Positions 41,801 through 53,800 of a DNA stretch of 64,000 nucleotides are shown piece after piece. The translations under genes and the position numbers were made by a program. This DNA comes from Mizuhopecten yessoensis. Its lineage: Eukaryota. The notes under the pieces were generated by a model. The model did not search any database, was not told where the DNA came from, and saw only the letters and a program-made list of their open reading frames with translations. How positions within the stretch are numbered: position 1 is the first letter of the stretch; each line of letters starts with the position of its first letter. The stretch lies in contig NW_018408898.1 of the NCBI RefSeq assembly GCF_002113885.1, positions 167,290-231,289 of the forward strand. Reading direction: 5' to 3'.

Positions 41801-44800
41801 TTTCTATCCAATTCCTTCAAAGCTGTAGATTTTCAGTTCAAGATTTGCTAATCACACTTGTGAAAATATTTAGTATTATGCCAAACTTGTATTTATATAT
41901 TTATATGGTATTTAACAGGATCCATTAAATATCTCTAACTAGTGCTTGCATTTTTATGGTGGTATCCCAGATATTACAGTGTGCAACAGACATATTGATT
42001 GAATCTGTAACTAAAAACTTAGTAAGAATTTAGTTATAACTGTGTTGATATTTTTTCCGATGTAGAAAACAAAAAAATGCAGAGGAAAATGAAACTTGAC
42101 AGGAGGCGTCAGCGTAGAAATGAAATACAGGACAATCCAGTAAGTGTAAGTGGAACTGGGGACAATGTTGGTGAAGTAGAGCCGGTGAGTGGCAGTGAGT
42201 CTGGTCCAGGTGACATCACCACAGAAGGACCGAGTAGGTAAGTTGATCATGATACTGGGCTTATCTATCTAAATATCTGTTTTGATGGAACATAATTATA
42301 ATGGAAACGCAAAGATTGTATTACCCATATCGGTAGTGTTTTTCAGCATGAAAGCTTTTATCAGCACTTGAACCTGAGCGATTTGTTTTATGTAATTGAG
42401 GAGCAGTTTTGACCACTAGTATTAAAAGCTTTATCTCCTGAAATAATAGACTCAGTGTTATAATGTTCATCTGTGTATTACCTTTGATTTAAATTTAGTT
42501 TATATTGTGAAGGGTTTTGGGTTATTTCCTTGTATTTCATACGGTTGACCAGTTAGCTGTTACTGCTTGGATTAAAATAACCTGTCCATTGAAATTTGTT
42601 TTATCATTTTATTTTGCATGCCTTTAGTATTGTTGATGATATCAGTAACTTTACAGTCTGATGTTCTGTTGTGTTTTAGCTTTCAGTACCGGTGTTTTCC
42701 AAGGAAGAGAATGTTCTGTTCCCGAGGACTCTTGGAGCAAATTCCAAAATCCTGTAATTATTTATTTAGAATTTAGAATTTCGACACACTGTTCATTTCC
42801 TGTTTATTAAATGCTGTAGGTTACTGGAGATCTGATTATGGTTCAAAACTGGTATGTTGCATACATTTTATTACATTTGTGATTAAATCATTTCAAAATG
42901 ATAACAGTAGTAATTAAGATGCATAATAAAACTGTAAAATCAAAAATTGAATTCTGTATACAGGGTAATCTTTGGGGAAGTAACTTCAGCAATATTTAGT
43001 CAACCAGTTAAAACTTCAATCGTATGTATATATACCCAGCAATGCTAAAGTCACAAATTCAGCTCTTTTCAAATTACTTTTTTTTCCACATAAATAAAAA
43101 GAATAGAAAAGCTTGGTACTGTGTGAAACTATGTTGCATTTCACTGGTACAGATTATAGATAGTTCAATATACAATATTGTGAGAACTAGTCTCTTTATT
43201 GGTACTGATTTCAGCTTTATCCAAGCTTCAAATGAGTCACTAGAAATGAACATGCACATTTTTAGGTCAAAAGTCTCAAGTGACCTATTGCGATCGCCTT
43301 TTGTCTAGCGTCATCCGGCATGCGCCATCCATCGTGCGTCCGTAAACAATTTACATTTTCGACTTCTTCTCAAAAAACCCTGAACCAATTTCAATGAAAT
43401 TTTGCAGAAACTTTTCATTCCATACAATTCAAACTTGGTTAGCATTATCAGTATTGGATAGCAGTTTGATGATTTGCACAAAATCAGCTCTGACTGACCC
43501 CCCGGGGTTGAAGGGTGGGGCCAAAAAGGGTTGAATTGACTGAAATTTCAAAAATTTTCTTCTCAAGACCAAGATATGGTAGAATCAAATACTCTTCATA
43601 GATGTAAGCTAGGGTCTTAAGGTGCTTAACCAAAATTGTGAATTTCATGACCCTGGGGTCTCATGTTTCCCCCTGGGGAGGGGTAAACTTTACTATAGTT
43701 TAATTGTGAATTATATGGTCCCCAGCCCCGTGGAGCCTGAGGGGCGTGGCCAAAAAGGGTCAAATTGACTAAAATTTCAAATATCTTCTCCTCAAGATCC
43801 AGATATATGGTAGAATCAAATACTCTTCATAGATGGAAGGGTCTTAAGGTGCTTTACCATAATTCAGCTGACTGACAGAACCACTATTTGTACATAGTAC
43901 ATCTTTCACACTACTTTTGCATTACATGTATAGTTCAAGTTACCTACAAAATGATTTATTGTTCATTTGGCAATATCGATAACATCAGTTTTTACATAAC
44001 TCAGGTGACCGTTAAGGCCCATGGGCCTCTTGTTTCTTTACCTTGCTCCATCTGGCAGAAAACAATAAATACTTTATTAGAATCTGATAAGTGGTAGATC
44101 ATTACCAGTAAGTTTAAGTGTTTTTATTATTTTTGTGCAGTAAGTTTAAGTGTTTTTATTATTTTTTGTGCATTTGCAGACATTTTGAATAGGCTGGCAC
44201 AAGATGAAAACGGTGCTGGGGAGCTCTTTCAGGAAATATTCAAGGTAATTTAAAGGAGTAGGCCCTGAAAATATGTAAAATTTTAAACATGAATTAGTTA
44301 TTTTTATTCTTTTTAAGCTTTTTAAAGGACAATAACTTAATATTTGTTGGTATTCCTATTGAACTACAATACATGGTATTAAAGTGGGTGTGCTTGCATC
44401 AGTTTTGAACATTTAACCTGTTTAATTACTTCTGCCGAATGAAAAAACAAATTCTAATTGAAAATTGCAATTAACATTATGTATTTCCAATGTTTGATAT
44501 TGGCCACAGGAAGTCCAGGTAGACCAACAGACAGTTTTGTATAGGACCAAGGTGCTACCTACCCTGGAGAAAATGCTCAAGTTGCACAAGTAAGAATATA
44601 AGAGTACATGTATAATATATCAAAGAATTTTAATTGATGACTGATCATGCAATGCATTTTTCCCAGTGTTATACTGACAAAATATGTATCACATGTACTA
44701 CAAAATGAACAATGCAAATACCTGAGGTTCAATACGTTGATCAAATATATATCTCAAGACTTGTGTAATATCAAACATATTGAAACAATACAATTGTTGG

Positions 44801-47800
44801 AAAAAAATTGTGTATGCCCATATTTTCTAATCAAGTCAATTATTTTTAATTATGGAAATGTTCGTTTATATATATATATGTATAAGCCTTCATATAGTTA
44901 ATACAGGCTATAAAAAACTCCAGAAAATTGGAAGAGAACTTTGATAATCTTATAAACTTATATGTGTGTAAAAATGAGTCACATGTTGTTAATTATTTTC
45001 CAGGAGTTGTTCCTACCTGAGACAATTAAACTACAGTTGTAGTGGACGATACCAACAGTGTAAAATGGGAATACAGGGAAAAGGAGTGATAATTGCAGCA
45101 AGAGAGAGGATAAGGAAACAGTCTTACGGTATTCATAGTGTTTGTTGATTTATCAAGAATAGAGGCCAATTGGTGTATACAGTTAATGTGCAGCATTACA
45201 TGAAGTTCAGTTTACTTTAAAAATTAAATGCTTTGGGGTTGAACTTGTTCATGTATCATATTAAACACAAACAGGAGAAGTGGACGGTGCCTTACTAAAG
45301 TGCATTTGACTAGGTGATCTCTATACCTTCAGGTTTGTGAGGATGTGTATGTTTGTGTGTGTTAGAATTTGTATAGATCTTGTATAGATGTCTTGCTAGT
45401 TTTGGATTTGTATTTCCAACAGCTCATTTGCAGTACCTTACTACTTGAATAAGGTAAAATTAAAGTCAAAGTTGCTGAAAATAATTGGTGGGCATCAAAG
45501 GTTCAATTTGTAATGCTTAATGGATGAATGTTATTTGTGTAAGAGAACTTATTTAGGGGGTATTTTTTATGTCATAAAGACCTATCATATATAGTTGCAA
45601 GCTGGCCTTAGTTCTGGAGTTTTGGTGACTATGTTATCACAGGAAAACAGGGGCCTATCTGGATGAATCAAAGAAAAGTAGGAAAAAGATGCTCACAGAA
45701 AGTTTCTACCAAAAGGATCCTGAGTCAACACCTTGGAATAAATGAGGTACATAGCGTACGTATATCTCATCCAGTGTTATCAATAGATTTTATTATTATA
45801 AATGATTTAAAAAAATCATGATACTTGAGCTGCTGCCCAATTTATGCAACTAGGCAGTGTTATTATTAAGTAGTACTGTTTGGAAACAATGGCCACAATT
45901 CCCTGCAAGGATTCAGTATAGGATGATCACTTGTTGGAATTATGGCTATTAATAGGTAAAAGGTACCTCTTCATGTGCACAAGCTGTAATATTGAAAAAA
46001 AATCTTCAATTCATCTGGGAGTATTCTAGATTAGAGTTACTTCCCTTGGTGAGGTATTCTACAATACCTGGATAATAACATTGATTGGTAAACGGTAGTG
46101 GATACATGTAAGTCCTTGCAATTGGTTCCTTCCCAGAATTTGTTGTTTTGTTTTTCTTTAGTTTCCTGAACAGATTGATTTTAGAACAATTCTCATTCTG
46201 TGAAATGCATCACAAGATGTTTTAGATATGAAATATATTTGTTGAAATATGAATTAATAATTAATATGTTTCAATAGTGGCAATATAATCCGAATGATAT
46301 ATTTTGAATGGGATGCTGCTGTGTACCTCTATAAATGTGTATTGCCTCTGTTCCAGATATACATGTTTCTGAGACGTGTGTTTTTCCATGTTATACCAAA
46401 TGAGCTGCTTGGAAAAGCCAACAAGAAGATGCTTCACAAGTGTATCCTTAGACATCTGACATAGAACTGGGTTACTCATTGATCAACCACATTAATCAGT
46501 TAATTGTACATCTACATCAAGCATGCAGTATATTTTATACTACATGACTGTGTAGTTCAAATTTTGGAACCCAACAAGGAAAGTTACTGTTGATATAAAA
46601 CTGTTTTATAATTGATGTCAAATATTCAACCATTTTATGCCCAGCGATTTTATTGGGGGAGAGAGGGGTGCATAGTTTGTCCCATGGCTGTCCCATCTTG
46701 TCCTGTCCTGTCTATTTACCAATTCAGTAGCATCACTCTAGTGACTTCTATTGGTTAAAAGATTATTCATACAAAGGTCAAGTATAAGAAGACCTCAAAA
46801 GAGATCCTGTTCAGGGTTCTAAGGTCAAGGCTAAGGTCGTTGTTACTATTCATAGAATTTGTCAACCAATGACACTTATTTGCTGTAGAGCTGGAGCATT
46901 TATGTCTTAGGGACAATTGATCAACTGTTTGGCCCTGTGTGACATCATTCTTTTGATGCGAGGCTGACACCTTCTGTTACCCATTATTCCACCGCCATAT
47001 GCTGACATTATTTTTTGATGCGAGGCTAACACCTACATGTACTAATACCCATTATTCTGTGATGGTTCGTTACATCATACTTAACAAACCCTTCTGTACC
47101 TACTTGTACATCTTGAACTAAGCCATCTTGTTTGTCAGAGAATATGCAGATTGACAATTATAACATGTTCTTAAAAATGATATCCAAAAAGTGACTTTGC
47201 CACATATATAATTGAATTACAGATTGCTGAGGGCTAACTGAATTGACATTTATCAGAAACATTCTGATTTTACATTGTATAAAAGGAAACATATACTTTG
47301 ACATGTTTTTAGACATAAATTAGGTTTCATGTATATTTATAAAATTATCAGTAGCTGTACATTGCACCATAATGATGTAGCTGACACAGTTTTAATTTGA
47401 ATGATTTGACCTTGACATACTTCAGGTTTGAAACTGTTCCTAAAACTTGGCAAATATGACAAATTTTCCATGGCAGAGCTGAATGTGGAGAAGATGAAGG
47501 TAGGTTTTTAATATGGATGGAAAAACTTATTTCTTAGACACTAGTCAGAGAAAAATATATTTCAAGACTTTTAAATTTTATTCAGGATACATTAATTCAA
47601 TGCAGAAAAAAGAGTATAAAGGAAGAATTTTACTCCCCGAAGGGCTGAGGTTCAGATAAGGAAAGTGACCTATACGAGGCATGCTGCTATATCACTGGGC
47701 CTCTTGTTTAATATTTTAGTAAACTTGTAAAATTGTATTGATTCCACATAGTCTAAAGACATGTTTCATTCCCAGGTGGAGAGAGTTCCATGGCTGGCTG

Positions 47801-50800
47801 ATATTGTGTCCAGACCTGAGCAGATTCACCTTCTATCACAGGTTGTCTACTGGATTTTCAAGGACTACATCATGGTGCTGCTTAAGGTACATACCTATGT
47901 TGAACATTGTCTTATAAAACATGGTGTTGTGGTAAATGATGAGACTTTTGACTAAACGAAAAAATACTGAAATTCAATTTTGAAATGAAGAAATGAAGAA
48001 AAAAAATTGGTTGCAAAACTCAAATTGTTTTTAGTTAGAAAGTGAATATTGAAGCAAAGGTAGCAGTAGATCCAACCTAAGGGTTTTACTGGCGTCATGT
48101 GTCAATAGTCGTACTCTTGAAAGATTTGACATACTTTATTTGACATACTTTATTTGTCCTTATTTTCCTCTCCATTTAAGGAAATGGAAACATACATACA
48201 CTCGCACTGTATGTATTGTAGTAGAACAGGCTCATCTAATATATGGTCAGGGTAGAAACGTCTGTTGCTGTTTACATTTTGTGGGATTCTCATTAATTAC
48301 ACACCAAAAAAGTCCCAGATATTTTTATAATCTTTTGCATTGTTGCTTTAAAAGATAATTATGTTCCATTAATTTTTGAAGGTCTAATATTGGTCCAGCT
48401 TTATGGGATTTTATTCAGTGAATATTTAGGTTATGTTAAGTATCTTGAAACCCTTGTTTAAATTTCAGTCATTCCTATATATAACCGAGACGGCACATCA
48501 CCGCAACCAGTTACTTTACTTCAGAAAGAGAGACTGGTTACGACTCCACATGCGAGGCCTGAACAGTACAGTAATCTTTTTATTACACATATTATGACAC
48601 TATAACAATGAGCTTGTGAAAATTATTGCATATAAACACTATAATTATGTCCCCCAAACGAAGTGGGGGGACATATTGTGTTTACTCCATTTCTTATGTA
48701 GTTGTGCATTCAAGTCTTTATTTTCAGATTGTTTCCATAGCAACCACACGGCCCGGAGGCTTCTGATTGGTCGAAATTTAGATATTGTTCGATATTTATG
48801 AAAATTGCTATGATGGGGTATTTGGGGACTGCGTATTCAACCGCATAGGTTACGTTGACAAAAGCAACCACATAAAAACGACACGGAGGCCTCTGTTTGG
48901 TCAAAATTTAGATATTGTTTCGATTTTTAGGAACATTGATATATAGGGGTATTAGGGGACTGCGAATTCAACCGTATATGTATTTGTTGTCATAGCAACC
49001 ATATAGCGCAACCATGTGCACATTGAGGCTTCTGATTGGTGGAAATTAAGATATTGTTTGATTTAAATGAAAATTGCTATGTAGGGGTATTAGGGAACTG
49101 CAAATTCAACAGCATAGGTTTCATTACCATAGCAACCACACGGAGGCTTCTGATTGGTCGAAATTTATAAATTGTTCGATTTCACTCAAATTTAGTATGT
49201 ATATTGTAAGTGTATTAGTATGTAGGTGTTTTATGGCATTGCGGTCCTTTTATGGTGCATCTTTGTGACTATGGGGGCAGTTTGGGGAACCTATGTAATG
49301 GTCCCCCATTGCAATAACTTCTTGTTTAATGTTGACTTGAATAATTAATTGACAGTCAAACCACACTGTAAAACCTTTTTTATTTTTTTATTTTTCTTTA
49401 TCTTTTGAGATCAGATATAAGGTATTATGATCATTTGATTTGAAACTCGAACATCAGTATTGAAACTTTTAAATTTAAATCACAAATAGAACAAGTAGAG
49501 TAACTGATTTGTTGTATTGTACCGACTTTTTGTAATTTATTCTTTTCATTTAATGTTTTAAATGATGAAATTTTAGTGATATTTGTGTTAACTTTGATTC
49601 CAATATATAGAAGAAAGGACATTTCATTTGAAATAGAATCATATCTGAAATAATAATCTTGAAGTTAAGTTGAAGTTATAACATCAAGAAATAATTATTT
49701 ACAAAGTATGTTTTTCAGCATTGTTGAACAAGAAGATGATGCTGCCGGTGCCTAAGGTAAGATCAGTTATATACGAGTAATGACATTCTTATTTGCCTGC
49801 ATACTTCTCAACTGACTCGGATAGTCCAATCTGTTACTCCCAGATTTTGTACATTCAAACCCAACGGATAAAATACAGTTATTGAACAGAGATCCAGGGC
49901 TTGATGCAATGGTCTCTGGTCACTATTTAACCCTGAGGGTCTTAATGACCTAATCTATACTTCACTGTAGGGTTGGATTCTGTTACTTATGATTTACCCC
50001 CTAAAACTATCAAAGTCAGCTGTTTTAATTTACTGTAGTCAGTGTGTAAGATGTAGTGTGGATGAATTTGTTTTAAAAAGGGAAAACAACACTTGTGTGA
50101 CGTACATAAGACAAATGATAAAATTGCCCTTGAAAAAAGCAAAAGTAATCACCAATAATGTTTTCCTTTTTCTCCACTATTGTCTGTTAAAAACGTCTAT
50201 TTCAAATTGTACATTCACCTCAGAAAGCAGGAGAGGTGTTAACAAAACACAAATAACACCCCTCGACTAAAAAGTAGTTCTGTGCTTATCGTTAAACCAG
50301 GCAGGTGAATCAGGTAAGGTTTTACAAGCACTGTCAGAAATACATAAATCCCTGTCTGGTTTACATGTAATATTTATCTACACTCAAGAACAGGGTAAGA
50401 GGAACAGAATTTAATTAGATGCCACATGAAGATCTGATCATGAGGCCTAGGGACATGTTTGCTTTTATATGGACTGTTAATAAACATACAACATTAAACG
50501 CAATTTCTTTTTGTGTTATGACCAGACAGAGGCTTTGAAGCAGTTGGCAGAGGGTGACACCCTTGGTGTTTCAAACCTGCGTTTCCTCCCGAAGATGAAA
50601 TCTCTTAGACCTATTGTCAACCTAGGGAGAAGACCTCCGCCTGGCTGTAAACAGGTCAGTTCTGTAAATATCAGTTAAAATGTTAACTCTCCTCTAAATC
50701 CTATTTGGGTTGTACTTATTTTTGTCTGAAGCATCAATTGCAAAATAAAGACTGATTAAAGGAAACTCAAATAAATGATGTCCTCGTAAAAAGTAAGGAT

Positions 50801-53800
50801 AGGTGAGCTTGGGAAGTTAATTTTAAGCTTGTAGGAAATAAAAGTACTCTACAGAATGTATAAGAAACTTGAAGATTGAACATTAATTCTTTTTCTTCTT
50901 CTTTAAATTACAGACTATCCCGATCAACAAACAGCTGCTGAACTTGTTAAACATACTGAGCTATCACAAGGTAAAGGCTGAACTTGTTAAACATACTGAG
51001 CTATCACAAGCTTAAGGTAAAGGCTGAACTTGTTAAACATACTGAGCTATCACAAGGTAAAGTGCCAAAGTTTGTTGCCAAGTAAATGTTTGGATTCATT
51101 TTGTTTCATTTTTGATTTTAATGCATTTCAAATCTTTTCGAAAAGGTGCTTGATTGAGAGGCATATACAAATATAAACATTATTTACTACACAACAATCA
51201 CAAAACAGGTTTATTCACCTTATATTGATATTTTTTGTTGGCCTGGATGGAAATTAGAAAGTCTTCAGGTGTAAAGAAATTTGAGTACTACCTGGAGAAA
51301 TCCAAGTGGTCGAGTAAGTGACCCAATACCTCTTAATAAATATTGAGGTATCACTTTCCACTGCCCCACCTGAACACCCCAAAATTAGGAGAAATATTGA
51401 ATTAACACAACTCTTAATACAACCTGCACTATCCAAAGAAAATTCTGTTGGAAAGAACATTCTGAAACTAAATTATAAGCATTAGAATATTTTGCTATGG
51501 TTGCAAAAAGTCAGGATCAAAATCACGGAATGCTCTTGTTGATACAATGTACCTTGGTTTGTCCAGATGTACTGTAGGGGAGGATGGATTGCCCTCAATG
51601 TTTTCCCTTATTGGAAGAATGTTTCCAGCTTGTTTTTTCCACTTTACAGGAGAAGGACCCTGTGTTGGTAGGGTCTGCCATATTTGGACTGGACAAAGTC
51701 TACCCCCTATGGAAACAGTTTGTCTCACCATATCAACAACGAGGACAGGAAAGGTCAATGTAATTCAATTCCTGTTTATCACCGTACATTAGATACATCA
51801 TAAAGTGTATGGTTGTGTCCTGATTTTCTTTAACCAAAAAATTGGAAATAATTATAAGAGCTTATTTTGTATCTATCGTACGATCATCAGAATGTTTCAG
51901 CTAGACGTTTGTGGATTACAAGTATTCAGATGATCAGGCACTGTGATGCAGCTATGACTCAATCATCAGGATGTTTGAGATGATTGTGTTTTTGGTTAAC
52001 AAGTGACAAGGATTCAGATGATCAGGCATTGTGATGCAGCTATTTATGATCCTTTTACCTTACGCTAAGCATACTCTCTTTTTAAACTGTTTTCATGTTG
52101 TTTTTTCCAGATCAGATATTAAGCAACTGTACTTTGTCAAAGTGGACATTGCAACCTGCTTTGAAGACATAGACCAAGAGAAGCTATTCTCTATAATAAA
52201 AAACATCATTCAAAAGGTATATTTTGAAAATATTAGTCAATACATCAAGTATATATACCTGAAGTATTAGAAAGTTCTGTAATTAATTACGTGGTACAAT
52301 GTATCATATGGTGATAGACATATACACAGTTATATTCCGAGGTTTAAAGCAAAAAAAAAGATATAGTTGATTACCTTAGGTAGGTATGAATGTGGTTCTT
52401 GCATATTAGGATGATTAAGTTACCGGTAGTATCGTTATATTCCTGTTCAGGACATGGAATTCTGCTTCATGTTGTAGGATGATGACTACCAGATCAGGAA
52501 ATATGTGACCATGCATGTTGCTGGGGGACAAGTGAAAAGGACCTTCAAGAGAAAAGCATCATCATTGCTGGAATTCAATCCCAACTTCACAAACTTTGTT
52601 AAGGAAAGGGTGGAGAAGGACGGCTTTACAAACATCATGTTTGTGGACCAGGTATGTAGACTTGTTGATTACGTGACACAAGGCGTGACTAAATGAGACT
52701 AGTGTTTGTGTGTAGTGTTGATTCTACTGTAGAATATATATAAGGTATGTAGACTTGTTGATTACGTGACACAAGGCTTGACTAATTAAATGAGACTAGT
52801 ATTTGTGTGTAGTGTTGATTCTACTGTAGAATATAAGGTATGTAGACTTGTTGATTACGTGACACAAGGCTTGACTAATTAAATGAGACTAGTGTTTGCG
52901 TGTAGTGTTGATTCTACTGTAGAATATAAGGTATGTAGACTTGTTGATTACATGACACAAGGCTTGACTAATTAAATGAGACCAGTATTTGTGTGTAGTG
53001 TTGATTACGTGACACAAGGCGTGACTAAATGAGACTAGTATATGTGTGTAGTGTTGATTACGTGACACAAGGCTTAACTAAATGAGACCAGTATTTGTGT
53101 GTAGTGTTGATTACATGACACAATGCGTGACTAAATGAGACCAGTATTTGTGTGTAGTGTTGATTACGTGACACAAGGCGTGACTAAATGAGACCAGTAT
53201 CTGTGTGTAGTGTTGATTACATAACACAACGCGTGACTAAATGAGACTAGTATTTGTGTGTAGTGTTGATTACGTGACACAAGGCGTGACTAAATGAGAC
53301 CAGTATATGTGTGTAGTGTTGATTCTACTGTAAAATATAAGTAATCCTACCTTGCTTATATTTGATATACATGAAAGTTAAATTTTTCATACGTGCACAT
53401 TAAAGAGACGTTCACATTAAAGAGTAGATATTGTGTCTTAAATGATTGAACCATTGAATGAAATACAGTGTCTTTAGTGTAACAATTTTACCACACCTGA
53501 AGTTGTTGCACCCCTTGTGGGACATTTGGAATAGAATTTGTGAAAGATTTATGATATAAACAGAGAAATATTAACCCAGGGTTAAGATTTTGGTATTCCA
53601 GAACAAGGCTTCAATGAGTTATAAAGACAACACTAGTCTTACCAGAATGGCTGTTATAGTTATATCGCTGTTGATCTCATTCCGAATCGCTGTCTACATT
53701 ATACCTAGGTGTTAGCTATAGGTGATTGATTATTTTTCTCTCTTACTAGTCATTTTGTCATGAACTGAACTGAACGCAAGATATTAGATATCAACCCCAG

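Noticed and set aside
41748-41845. Possible extra TERT exon after gtaacag
   Set aside because: No convincing donor before the TAA, and exon 6 joins 42066 in frame without it. It remains a possible minor alternative terminal exon.
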